A DNA stretch of 64,000 nt from Vicinamibacteria bacterium (GTDB lineage: Bacteria; Acidobacteriota; Vicinamibacteria; Marinacidobacterales; Marinacidobacteraceae): contig OY729431.1 in assembly GCA_963422395.1 (NCBI GenBank), forward strand, positions 32,001 to 96,000. Reading direction: 5' to 3'. Under the pieces are notes generated by a model. That model had not been told where the DNA came from. It did not search any database and worked only from the letters and a program-made list of their open reading frames with translations. The number at the start of each line of letters is the position of its first letter. The stretch's first letter is position 1. The position numbers were made by a program, and so were the translations under genes. This document shows, piece after piece, positions 20,234-29,321 of the stretch.

Positions 20234-20846
20234 AGCGGTCTGGAAAGCCGGGCCTCACGACCTCGGCTTCCCGAACGCGGGCGACCGCCACGAAGTCCTT
20301 GCGCTTCAGATCCTCGACCAGCGGGTGATCGGGATCGAACCCTCGAGGCGGACGTTTCAGGGAATCGCCTTCGAGTGCGAACGTCTCGTCGAAGGCGGCG
20401 GCCGTGGTGATGCCGGTCCAGGCGTCCGGTCGGTCGACGATTTCCCCTCGAATCTTCGTGAGGGCGGCGCTGTCCGGGCGCCAGATGCCGCAGCCGACGA
20501 AGCAGGTCTCCGGCTCGAGGTGGAGATAGAAGCCGGGTGCGTGCGCGTCCTTCGCCGCCGCATGGCGGAAGTGCGCGCCGATGTTCGTCTTGTAGGGGGT
20601 CTTGTCCGGGGAGAACCGAATGTCGCGGTAGATGCGAAAGAGGGAGCCTCCGTTCGGCCTCGGGTCGGCGACGAAGTGCGGGCTGATCCGGGCGAGAGGC
20701 GCCGCGAACTCGCGGATGAATTCGAGCATGGGATCACGGACCACCGCGCGGTATCGCTCCTTGTTGGCCTCGAACCACGGGCGTTCGTTGTTGTCCTTCA
20801 GCTCACGCAGGAAATCGAATAGCGCCGGGGGAACCTTGGGGATCAC
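20160..20846 (-). CDS. DUF2461 family protein
   Basis: FLRELKDNNERPWF, FRIYRDIRFSPDKTPYK, FYLHL and LKRPPRGF. GTG start after a GGAG RBS. Confidence 0.88.
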   Translation of the reverse strand: MIPKVPPALFDFLRELKDNNERPWFEANKERYRAVVRDPMLEFIREFAAPLARISPHFVADPRPNGGSLFRIYRDIRFSPDKTPYKTNIGAHFRHAAAKDAHAPGFYLHLEPETCFVGCGIWRPDSAALTKIRGEIVDRPDAWTGITTAAAFDETFALEGDSLKRPPRGFDPDHPLVEDLKRKDFVAVARVREAEVVRPGFPDRFTELVRRASPFVEFLSRAVGVPFR

Positions 20847-20934
20847 TTCGAGACTCCTTTCCAGAAAAATGGGCGGCGGAAGGCGAAATCCACGATAGCG
20901 TGAACGCTTACCCTCTCCGGCAGGAACGAGCTCG

Positions 20935-22053
20935 ATGCCCGCAGCCGCGAAACCAGGGGCACTCCCCGAGGTCCGCCGGGACTCGATCCGCCGGGCCGAA
21001 GTTCGCGTGCCCACGCCCGACCTCGACGGCGACCTGCGATTCCTGGTGGACACCCTCGGTTTTCGGCTCGAGCGCATCTGGCCCGCCGACGATCCCGCGT
21101 TCTGCTCGCTTACCGGCTACGGGGCGGGAATCCGCTTGGAGCGGAGCACCGGCGCCGCGGCGGCGGAAATCACTCTCCATACCGAGGATCCGGCACGGTT
21201 CGCCGGCGGCGAGCAGATGCTCGTTACCCCCGGCGGTCTCCGGATCACGGTAGCGGCAGCAACCCCGCAGGCCGCTATTCCGGAAACCGTCCACGAACTC
21301 GTGGTCCGTCGGCTGGCCGAACAGGAGTCCTGGGGCGTCGGCCGCGCGGGGATGCGCTACCGGGACCTGATCCCCGGCCGGCTGGGAGGCGCCATCATCG
21401 CTTCGCACATCCGGATCGCTGACGAGGGGCCGGTGGACGACCTGGTCCACTACCACACGGTCGGCTTCCAGCTCATCTTCTGCCACCGCGGCTGGGTTCG
21501 GCTGGTCTACGAGGATCAGGGCCCGCCCTTCGTGCTGGAGGCCGGGGACTGCGTGATCCAGCCCCCGGAGATTCGCCACCGGGTGCTCGCCTCCTCCGCC
21601 GGGATGGAGGTGATCGAAGTCGGCGTTCCCGCCGAGCACCTCACCACGATAGACCACGCCATGGAGTTGCCGACTCCTCATTTCCGCCCCGAGCGCGCGT
21701 TCCAGGGCACCAGGTTCCTGCGGCATCGAGAGCGGGGGGCGCGTTGGGAGCCCTGGCGCATCCCCGGGTTCGAGATGCGCGACACCGGGGTCGCTCGGGC
21801 CACACGGGGGATCGCGGGAGTTCAGGTTGCTCGAAGGGTCCCCGGGCGGGCGGTTCCAGCCAGCAGCCACGATCGGGACATCCTGTTCGGTTTCGTGCGC
21901 AGGGGGACGATGTACTTGGAGGCCGAGGACCACCCCCGGCGGACACTCGCCGCCGGCGACACCTTCGTCCTGCCGCCGCACCTTCCGGTCGCTCTCGGAA
22001 GCCCCTCCGACGACCTCGAGATCCTCGAAGTGACGCTGCCGGCCGGCTGCTAG
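20935..22053 (+). CDS. Cupin-domain protein with N-terminal VOC-like domain
   Basis: GRAGMRYRDL, HYH..FQ...C..GW and QPPEIRH, plus a second C-terminal cupin-like segment. Confidence 0.75.
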   Translation: MPAAAKPGALPEVRRDSIRRAEVRVPTPDLDGDLRFLVDTLGFRLERIWPADDPAFCSLTGYGAGIRLERSTGAAAAEITLHTEDPARFAGGEQMLVTPGGLRITVAAATPQAAIPETVHELVVRRLAEQESWGVGRAGMRYRDLIPGRLGGAIIASHIRIADEGPVDDLVHYHTVGFQLIFCHRGWVRLVYEDQGPPFVLEAGDCVIQPPEIRHRVLASSAGMEVIEVGVPAEHLTTIDHAMELPTPHFRPERAFQGTRFLRHRERGARWEPWRIPGFEMRDTGVARATRGIAGVQVARRVPGRAVPASSHDRDILFGFVRRGTMYLEAEDHPRRTLAAGDTFVLPPHLPVALGSPSDDLEILEVTLPAGC

Positions 22054-22145
22054 CTGTGACCTTGCGGTAGGTTGTTCAGGGGGAAATGAACACTACATAT
22101 AGTGGTCGATCGCGTCTGGAATCGTTCTGCAGCGCAGGCTGCTAG
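22050..22145 (-). mobile_element. MITE/IS-end remnant, copy 1, flanked by CTAG on both sides
   Basis: Reverse complement CTAGCAGCCTGCGCTGCAGAACGATTCCAGACGCGATCGACCACTATATGT nearly matches 23850-23900. The left CTAG contains the cupin stop codon. Confidence 0.7.
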
Positions 22146-22219
22146 ACCGGACCCGTCTGACTGAAGCGCGCGCCGGGGGCTGCCTCGGCGTTTCTCCGGA
22201 GGGCGCTCGAAGGGGCGGC

Positions 22220-23848
22220 TCACTTCTCCCGGTATCCCGGGCCGCGCAGCACCCGTCCCGGCAGGGCACCCGTCGGTTCCCCGTCGGCGACGACCGCGAT
22301 CCCGTTCACGAAGACCCATTCGATGCCTTCCGGGTAGCGTTCCGGCTCCTCGAAGGTGGCGGCGTCGCGCACCGTAGCCGGATCGAAGAGCACCAGATCG
22401 GCGCGCATTCCGGGGCGGAGGAGGCCGCGGTCGGTGAGACCGAGGCGGTTCGCCGGCGCCGAAGTCATCTTGCGGACCGCTTCTTCGAGGGAAAGAAGCC
22501 CTTCCTCGCGCACATAGCGGGCGAACACTCGCGGATGGGTCCCGAAGGAGCGGGGGTGAGGCTTCCCCATCGGAGTCCGCATCCCCCGAGCGAGGGCGCT
22601 GCCGTCCGAACCGATGTGGGTGAAAGGCAGCGAGAGCGCCTGGCGCAGGTTGGCTTCCGTGTTCCCGAACGAGATCTGGAATCCCTCTCCTTCCTGTTCC
22701 ACGAGCAGGTCGAGGAGCGCCTCCGCCGGCGACAGTCCCCGCGCCTCGCCGAGGTCCAGGATCGAGAGGCCGTCGACCTCTTCGCGGAACGAGCTCACGA
22801 AAGTCCGCTCCCATCGCGGCCGCTCCCTTTCTCCGGCGCGCAGCTCCGAAAGCAGCAGCTGCCGCTCGCCGGGGTCGGTGAGCCGACGCAGCATCCGCCC
22901 AACGCCGCCCTCCTGGGCCCAGCGAGGGAGCAGAGAGCGCAGGTAGGTCCATCCGGCGATGTACGGATAGACATTGCCGGTGACATCCACTCCGGAAGCG
23001 CGGGCTTCGGCGATCACCGCCGCGTACTCCGCGATCCGCTCCCCCGAAGTGGAGTTGAGATGATGGATCTCGAGGGCGATTCCCGCCTCGCGGGCGATGC
23101 GGATTCCTTCGGACAACCCGGCGAGCCCGCCCCGCAGGTGGCTCACATAGAAACCGCCGGAGGACGCCGCGACCCGCGCCAGGCGGATCAGTTCCTCGGT
23201 GCTTGCAAAGGCGTTCGGGATGTACGCCATCCCGCTCGAAAGCGCGAACGCCCCCTCTTCCATCGCCTGGGACACGAGCGTCTCCATGGCCTGCAGCTCC
23301 GCTTCCGACGCGGCGCGCTCTTCGTATCCCATCACCGAGGCGCGCACCTGACCGGCGCCCACATAGGAGACGACATTGGGACCGACGCCGGCGAACTCGA
23401 GCCGATCGAGATAGCCGCCGAGCGTCGTCCAGTCGCGTTCGATCGGAGGAGCGACCATCATCGGGTCATCCACCGCAAGACCGAGAACCGGCCCGCCCGA
23501 GAGGTGCTCGCCGAGCACTTCGGTGGTGACCCCCTGCGCAACCTTGCTGAGCGCGCGCGGGTCCACGATGAGCCCGTATTCCGAGTGGGCGTGCATGTCG
23601 AGGAACCCGGGTGCGGCGACCAGCCCTTCGGCTTCGATCACGCGCAGGGCTTCCGGTTCCGCAGAGCCGACCTCGACGATGGTGTCTCCGGCGACGACGA
23701 GGTTCCCGCGGAACCAGGGACCGCCGGAACCGTCCACGACCCGCGCTCCCCGGAGGAGCAGGTCGGCAGTGGGCGAATCGCCCGGTGCCGGGCCGCAACC
23801 CGCAGCGAGTCCAAAGGCCCAAAGGACGAACGGAAGGGGTCGCGCCAC
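22220..23848 (-). CDS. N-acyl-D-amino-acid deacylase (D-aminoacylase), probable lipoprotein
   Basis: PGFLDMHAHS, YVSHLR, IGSDG, HPRSFGT and PGMRADLVLFD. Lipobox-like LAAGC. Confidence 0.9.
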   Translation of the reverse strand: MARPLPFVLWAFGLAAGCGPAPGDSPTADLLLRGARVVDGSGGPWFRGNLVVAGDTIVEVGSAEPEALRVIEAEGLVAAPGFLDMHAHSEYGLIVDPRALSKVAQGVTTEVLGEHLSGGPVLGLAVDDPMMVAPPIERDWTTLGGYLDRLEFAGVGPNVVSYVGAGQVRASVMGYEERAASEAELQAMETLVSQAMEEGAFALSSGMAYIPNAFASTEELIRLARVAASSGGFYVSHLRGGLAGLSEGIRIAREAGIALEIHHLNSTSGERIAEYAAVIAEARASGVDVTGNVYPYIAGWTYLRSLLPRWAQEGGVGRMLRRLTDPGERQLLLSELRAGERERPRWERTFVSSFREEVDGLSILDLGEARGLSPAEALLDLLVEQEGEGFQISFGNTEANLRQALSLPFTHIGSDGSALARGMRTPMGKPHPRSFGTHPRVFARYVREEGLLSLEEAVRKMTSAPANRLGLTDRGLLRPGMRADLVLFDPATVRDAATFEEPERYPEGIEWVFVNGIAVVADGEPTGALPGRVLRGPGYREK

Positions 23849-23849
23849 G

Positions 23850-23966
23850 CTAGCAACCTGCGCCGCAGAACGATTCCAGACGCGATCGACCACTATATGT
23901 GATGTTCATCGACGAATCGATCTACTACATATAGTGGTCATTCTTTTCTGCGGCGCAGACTCCTAG
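23850..23966. mobile_element. 117-bp MITE, copy 2 (complete)
   Basis: CTAG at both ends. Perfect 13-bp inverted repeats CTGCGCCGCAGAA (23858-70 and 23946-58), each 4 bp inside a CTAG. Inner inverted repeats GACCACTATATGT (23888-900 and 23927-39). Confidence 0.8.
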
Positions 23967-26386
23967 AAGAACCGGAGCGAGTAGCTGATTCGGAACCCCC
24001 GGCCCCGCTGGGGAGCGAGATCCTTGATCAGCGAGGTGTGGTGACGGTAGTCGGTGTCTGTCAGGTTGTACGCCCGGACAGAAATGTTGGAGGTGGTGTG
24101 GTCGCTGAGGAAGACATAGGAAGCGGTGAAGTCGAGGACCGCGTACCCGTCGGTCGCGGTCTCGGTGCGGTACAGCCGATCCATCCGGGCTGCCCACCGC
24201 AGGCTGGGCGTCAGCTGGAGTCTGCCGACGGGGACATCGAGCCGCAGTTGGCCGCCGAGCGGGGGGATGCGCGGCAGGTATTCGTTCGAGGCGGTCAGCT
24301 GCGCATCCACGAAGGAAGCATTCGCCACCAGTTCCGCAGCGCCGATGTCCAGATGCCCTTCCACTTCGAAACCCTGGTACACGGCATCTGCTTGCAAGAA
24401 TTCGAGGATCGGAAGCCCCCCTAGCTCTTCCCCGGCGGCGGCTCCGAAGATGAAATCGCCGATGTCGTAGCGAAACACGCTGAGACTACCGCTCGCATTC
24501 TCCGAGCCCTGCCGGAGGCTCAGATCGAGACCGAACGAGCGTTCCGTGCCGAGGTCGGGATTCCCGATCTCGAAGGCCAGGTTCCCGACATGGGGGCCGA
24601 AGTTGTAGAGCTCTTCCAGCGAAGGAGTGCGGGTCGAGTAGCTGGCTACGGCCACCAGCGCGGACTGGTCGGTGAGAGAGAAACGGGCGCCTCCGCTCAC
24701 CGAGCTCCCGAGAAAGTTCCGGTCTCTCACCGGCGCCGGCTCTTCGTGGTGCTCCTCCTCGTGGGGTTCTCCTTCCTCGTGCCCCTCTTCCTCATGCTCC
24801 TCTTCCTCATGCTCCTCTTCGTGGTGTTCCCCTTCCTCGGCGTCGTACCGGTTTCGCTCGAGCCGGGCTCCCAGCATCCAGCTCAGGCGGTCGCTCATCC
24901 GAATTTCGTTGTAGGCGAACGCTGCCATCGAGTTTTGATGGGTCTGGGGAGCGAGAGCCTCCTCGCCCCTCGATTCGTAATCCCGGAAATGACCCCAGCC
25001 GCCTACTCGGCTCTGGACTCGGCCGGCCGACCGTTTCAGCTCCCCCCGGATCACCAGGGACCGATTGTCGAAGTGCGTCGCGATCTCGTCCGGCCCCCCA
25101 GCTGACAGTGTTTCGATTTCGTCCTGGTCGTAGTCGCTGTAGCGAAGGGTGAATTCGGCCTCCTGGAATACGGAACCCAGCTCCCGGATGCCGAAATCGG
25201 TCCGGACCTGCCGCCGCGCCATGGCGACATCCACCAACAGCTCCTCGTCTTCGTGAGCTTCTTCTTCCTCGTGGCCTTCCTCCTCCTCGTGTCCGTGGGC
25301 TCCGTGAAACTGCCCGGCGAACGGCACTCCGTAGCGCGAATCGTCCAATTTCGCACTCGCGGCGAACCAACCGCGGTCGAAGGAGAGACCGAAGCCGGCT
25401 TCGCCCTGTTCCATCGAAGTCTCCGAGTTCTCCACCACACCGGCCGGGGATTCGTAGTCGCCGGTTCGATTCGCGTTGCCGCCGCCCCAGGCGAACCAGC
25501 CGGCACCGGAAGCCTGGACGCGGGCGCCGCCGCGGAGACCTTCATCGGCGGTCGAATAGTCGAGGTTCGCATGCCCCCGGAATCCGGCGGGAGGTCCATG
25601 GACCAGATGCGAGGCCATCGAGACCACATTCACCGCCCCGCCGATGGCGTTCGCTCCGTAGAGCAGAGTGGCCGGCCCGCGCACCACCTCGACCCGCTCC
25701 GCCTGTAGCGGGTCCAACGGGACGCCGTGGTCCGCAGATTGGCTGCCCAGGTCTCCCGTCCGCACTCCATCCTCCATCACCAGGACGCGGTCCCCATCGA
25801 AACCGCGCACCACCGGGCGGGCCGAACCCGGTCCGAAGCTGCGGACCGCCAAGCCTGGCGCGCCCTCGAGGAGCTCTGCCACCGTGCGCGCGGATTCGTT
25901 CTGCAGATCGAGCCCCTCGAAGGTCTGTACCGAATTGAATGCCTCGATCGCGGTTTCGGGCCTGGCGGACGCCGTGACCGTGATGTGCTCGTGCGCCCGC
26001 GGCCGGAGTTCCAACAGGATCGGTGCGGGCAACTCGAAGGCGACTTCCTCGTCCTCGTCCACGACGACGGTTTCCACCGCGCTCAGGAAGCCCTGATCCA
26101 CATGGAAAGTGAGGGCGCCGCGGTGCTCCACCGCCTCGAAGGAAAACCGTCCGTGCTCGTCGGTGTGGGTTACCCGGTTGGATTCCAGGAGGACGACTTC
26201 GGCGTCATGGGCGGGCTGACCGGTCTCGGCGATGAGCACGGCGCCCGAGACGGTGGGGTGGGCCCAAGCAGCGGGCGCGAGCCCGAGCCCGAGCCCGAAC
26301 GACAAAGCGACCCGGGCCGCTGCCCTCGGAAACACCAGGGTCGGGAAAGAAGAATGGGGAAAACGGAAGGGGAATAGCCGCGGCAT
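23963..26386 (-). CDS. TonB-dependent metal receptor, ZnuD-like, with His/Glu-rich loops
   Basis: ARPVVRGFDGDRV, SADH, EVVRGPATLLYG and two H/E-rich loops. Ends in aromatic residues (LRFF). Confidence 0.9.
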   Translation of the reverse strand: MPRLFPFRFPHSSFPTLVFPRAAARVALSFGLGLGLAPAAWAHPTVSGAVLIAETGQPAHDAEVVLLESNRVTHTDEHGRFSFEAVEHRGALTFHVDQGFLSAVETVVVDEDEEVAFELPAPILLELRPRAHEHITVTASARPETAIEAFNSVQTFEGLDLQNESARTVAELLEGAPGLAVRSFGPGSARPVVRGFDGDRVLVMEDGVRTGDLGSQSADHGVPLDPLQAERVEVVRGPATLLYGANAIGGAVNVVSMASHLVHGPPAGFRGHANLDYSTADEGLRGGARVQASGAGWFAWGGGNANRTGDYESPAGVVENSETSMEQGEAGFGLSFDRGWFAASAKLDDSRYGVPFAGQFHGAHGHEEEEGHEEEEAHEDEELLVDVAMARRQVRTDFGIRELGSVFQEAEFTLRYSDYDQDEIETLSAGGPDEIATHFDNRSLVIRGELKRSAGRVQSRVGGWGHFRDYESRGEEALAPQTHQNSMAAFAYNEIRMSDRLSWMLGARLERNRYDAEEGEHHEEEHEEEEHEEEGHEEGEPHEEEHHEEPAPVRDRNFLGSSVSGGARFSLTDQSALVAVASYSTRTPSLEELYNFGPHVGNLAFEIGNPDLGTERSFGLDLSLRQGSENASGSLSVFRYDIGDFIFGAAAGEELGGLPILEFLQADAVYQGFEVEGHLDIGAAELVANASFVDAQLTASNEYLPRIPPLGGQLRLDVPVGRLQLTPSLRWAARMDRLYRTETATDGYAVLDFTASYVFLSDHTTSNISVRAYNLTDTDYRHHTSLIKDLAPQRGRGFRISYSLRFF

Positions 26387-26494
26387 GGTGGAACCTCCTG
26401 TGCGCTGGGCATGGGAGGAACCGACCGAATAGAAGCCGGCCGACCAGGCCGGAAGGTTCCGAAAAAGGGGTATCCGCAGATACGCGCCGGCCGT

Positions 26495-26761
26495 TCAGGC
26501 CGGGGGTGCGCGGGGGATGCCGCCGGTCAGCTTGGGGGCATCCGCAACGAAAAGTTGCGCTACGGCGCCCTCACCGACCCACTCGGAAGCGAGGGGCAGT
26601 TCCGGCCCGGCCGGCGGAGTAGCAACCCCCGCCCCGGAGCTTTCACAGATCCGGCATTCCGAACCTGGTCGGTCAGGATGCTCATGGGCGAAAGCCCCGA
26701 TCGACGCCGTCAGCAGCAACGCCGCCATCGCGACGGCGACGACGCGGGCGAAATTATTCAC
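26495..26761 (-). CDS. DUF2946-like leader protein (signal/TM segment, HEH, CxxC, C-terminal RAPP)
   Basis: 88 aa: hydrophobic N-terminus, HEH...CRIC, ending IPRAPPA-stop about 110 bp upstream of the TonB receptor. Confidence 0.8.
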   Translation of the reverse strand: MNNFARVVAVAMAALLLTASIGAFAHEHPDRPGSECRICESSGAGVATPPAGPELPLASEWVGEGAVAQLFVADAPKLTGGIPRAPPA

Positions 26762-26788
26762 AGAGACGGACAGACCTTCTCTGTGATT

Positions 26789-26830
26789 CTAGCAATCTGT
26801 GCCGCAGAAGGATTCCAGACCCGATCGACC
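26789..26830 (+). mobile_element. MITE/IS left-end remnant, copy 3
   Basis: CTAGCAATCTGTGCCGCAGAAGGATTCCAGACCCGATCGACC has about 4 mismatches to 23850-23891. Confidence 0.7.
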
Positions 26831-26893
26831 CCATCCATAGCACTCGCAACCGGGGTTCGCGCGCCCACGGAAGGCTGACCTTCGCGGAAACGG

Positions 26894-29224
26894 GTGCGGC
26901 TCGCCGAAGGCAGCGCCGACTACGATAGCGGCGCCTCGGGCCGGTGGGGTTCGATCGGAAAAGCGAACAGGAGCAGGCGATTGCGGAGCGGAGTGCCCAT
27001 CGGAATATCGGTCGTGCTGGCGGCGGTCGGACTGGCAGCGGTCGGACTGGCAGCGGGCTGGCTGGCGCCGGTGGAATCTGCGCCGGGCGGGCTCGCGCAG
27101 CGGCAGTCCCTCGGCCCGCTCGAACCGGTTCCGGCCGAAGGGGCTCCCGGTCTTTTTCGCCTGGCGATGTACCCCACCCCGGATCTCGCCCCGGCGACAG
27201 GAGCGGCCACCCTGCTCTGGGACCCCAGCCCCTTCGGCGTCTCGGTGACCCGCGACGGAAACCAGCGCTACCGCATCGCTCTCGACATCACCGGGCTTCC
27301 TGAACCGGAGTCGCTCGGCGACTACCGGACTTATGTCGCCTGGGCGACCACCCCGGTGTTCCAGCCGACGGTGCGCCTCGGCGAAGTCGGTAACGGATCG
27401 TTTCCGAATCTCGGAGTGGTGTCTTTCGACAAGTTCGTCCTCCTGGTGAGCGCCGAACCCTCCGGTGCGGTGGAAACGCGCACCGGCCGGCTGGTCCTGC
27501 GCGGCGCCTCCCCTTCGACCCGCATCCTTCCCGACAACCACCTGATGGTTCCGGTGAGCGGGAGCGGCGAGGCAGGAGCCGGCTCCGCGGCCCCGGACCA
27601 CGCGGCGATGAGCCACGGGGCGGGGGAGGACGGGGAAGCCTCCGGGTGGCCGCATCCGCCGATGCTCGAGGAGACCCCGATGGTCCCCGGGCTCGGCCAC
27701 CTGCGCCCGGAACCCCTGCCGTTCCTGCCGCGGGCGCCCGCCGACACCGCACTCCCCGATGCGGAGCCCTCGCAGATCGTCCGTCTGCGCGACGGGCAGA
27801 CGCTCGATCTGATCGCCGGCCGGGTGAGGCGCCGCATCCACGGTCGAGACTATGTGATGTACGGCTTCAACGGCCAGTACCCCGGACCGATGGTGCATGT
27901 GGATCGGGACGCCACCCTCTTCGTCGACTTCGAAAATCGGACCTCGTGGCCGACGGCGATCCACTGGCACGGAGTGCGGCTCGACAACGCCTTCGACGGC
28001 GTGCCCCATGTCACCCAGGATCCGGTGCCGCCGGGGGGCCGCTTCCAGTACCGGATCCACTTCCCGGACGCCGGCCTCTACTGGTATCACCCCCATCACC
28101 GCGAGGAGGTCCAGCAGGATCTCGGTCTCTACGGGAACCTGCTGGTCGAGGCTCCGGCGAACGAGTGGTACGCCCCGGTCCACCGCGAAGAGATCCTGAT
28201 GCTCGACGATCTCCTGATCGCCGACGATGGCGGCCTTTTCCCCTGGGGAAGCAGCCGGGCGACCCATGCCCTCATGGGCCGGTTCGGCAACCTGCTGTTG
28301 GTCAACGGAGAGCCGGGGTACGAACTGGCTCTCGACCGGGGGGAAGTCGTGCGCTTCTTCCTCACGAATGTCTCGAACACCCGCACCTTCAACCTGGGGT
28401 TCGGAAAACCGGGCACCCACCGGATCAAGGTCGTCGGGTCCGACCTCTCCAAGTACGAGCGGGAGACCTGGGTGGATTCGGTCACGCTCGCCCCTGCCGA
28501 GCGTTACATCGTCGAGGTTCGCTACGAACAGTCCGGGGAGCACGCGCTGGAAAACCGCGTGCGCCCGCTGGAGCACGCCTTCGGCAGCTACTTCTCGAGG
28601 GTGAGCGCGCTGGGGACGGTTCGGGTCGGCGAGCGGGAGGCCGATCCGGCCGGCGCGCCCGGCTACGACTCACTGCGGGAGAACGCATCGGTGGTGGAGG
28701 AAGTGGACCGTTACCGGGCTCGTTTCGACGCGCCCCCGGACCGGGAACTCGTTCTCAGCATGGAGGTTTCCGGCCTCGATCCGGCGATCATGCAGCGGAT
28801 GCGCGCCGACCGGGTGTTCTTTCCCCCGGTGGAGTGGGCGCCGACCATGCCCATGATGAATTCGGTCGCAACTCCAGACGAAGTGCGATGGATCGTGCGG
28901 GAACCGACGACCGGCCGAGAGAACATGGACATCGCCTGGCGTTTCCGGGTCGGCGATCTCGTCCACATCCGCATCGCGAACGACGCCGGCGCCCTCCACG
29001 CCATGCAGCACCCCTTCCACATCCACGGCCAGCGGTTCCTCGTGGTCCGCCGCAACGGCGCTCTCGTCGAGAACCAGGTGTTCAAGGACACCGTGCTGAT
29101 CCCGGCCGGAGAAACCGTGGACATCCTGCTCGAAGTCACGAACCCCGGCAAGTGGATGGCCCATTGCCATATCGCCGAGCACCTCGAAGCCGGAATGCGC
29201 TTCGTCTTCGAAGTCGACCCCTGA
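26894..29224 (+). CDS. Multicopper oxidase with an extra N-terminal domain
   Basis: All four copper motifs are present: HWHG, WYHPH, HPFHIHG and HCHIAEHLEAGM. Start is uncertain and may be near 26981-26993. Confidence 0.92.
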   Translation: MRLAEGSADYDSGASGRWGSIGKANRSRRLRSGVPIGISVVLAAVGLAAVGLAAGWLAPVESAPGGLAQRQSLGPLEPVPAEGAPGLFRLAMYPTPDLAPATGAATLLWDPSPFGVSVTRDGNQRYRIALDITGLPEPESLGDYRTYVAWATTPVFQPTVRLGEVGNGSFPNLGVVSFDKFVLLVSAEPSGAVETRTGRLVLRGASPSTRILPDNHLMVPVSGSGEAGAGSAAPDHAAMSHGAGEDGEASGWPHPPMLEETPMVPGLGHLRPEPLPFLPRAPADTALPDAEPSQIVRLRDGQTLDLIAGRVRRRIHGRDYVMYGFNGQYPGPMVHVDRDATLFVDFENRTSWPTAIHWHGVRLDNAFDGVPHVTQDPVPPGGRFQYRIHFPDAGLYWYHPHHREEVQQDLGLYGNLLVEAPANEWYAPVHREEILMLDDLLIADDGGLFPWGSSRATHALMGRFGNLLLVNGEPGYELALDRGEVVRFFLTNVSNTRTFNLGFGKPGTHRIKVVGSDLSKYERETWVDSVTLAPAERYIVEVRYEQSGEHALENRVRPLEHAFGSYFSRVSALGTVRVGEREADPAGAPGYDSLRENASVVEEVDRYRARFDAPPDRELVLSMEVSGLDPAIMQRMRADRVFFPPVEWAPTMPMMNSVATPDEVRWIVREPTTGRENMDIAWRFRVGDLVHIRIANDAGALHAMQHPFHIHGQRFLVVRRNGALVENQVFKDTVLIPAGETVDILLEVTNPGKWMAHCHIAEHLEAGMRFVFEVDP

Positions 29225-29321
29225 TCCCGACCCGGAGGGGTCCGGCCGTCCCCGTTCGCTCGTTCGGCGGTTTCGATCGTCGCGCTCGACGGTTCTGCTC
29301 TCCCCCGAGGCCCGGAGGCGT

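Noticed and set aside
22050-23966. Composite transposon carrying the D-aminoacylase gene
   Set aside because: The matching element ends adjoin the gene and read away from it, the far end of copy 1 lacks the terminal repeat, and there is no transposase.
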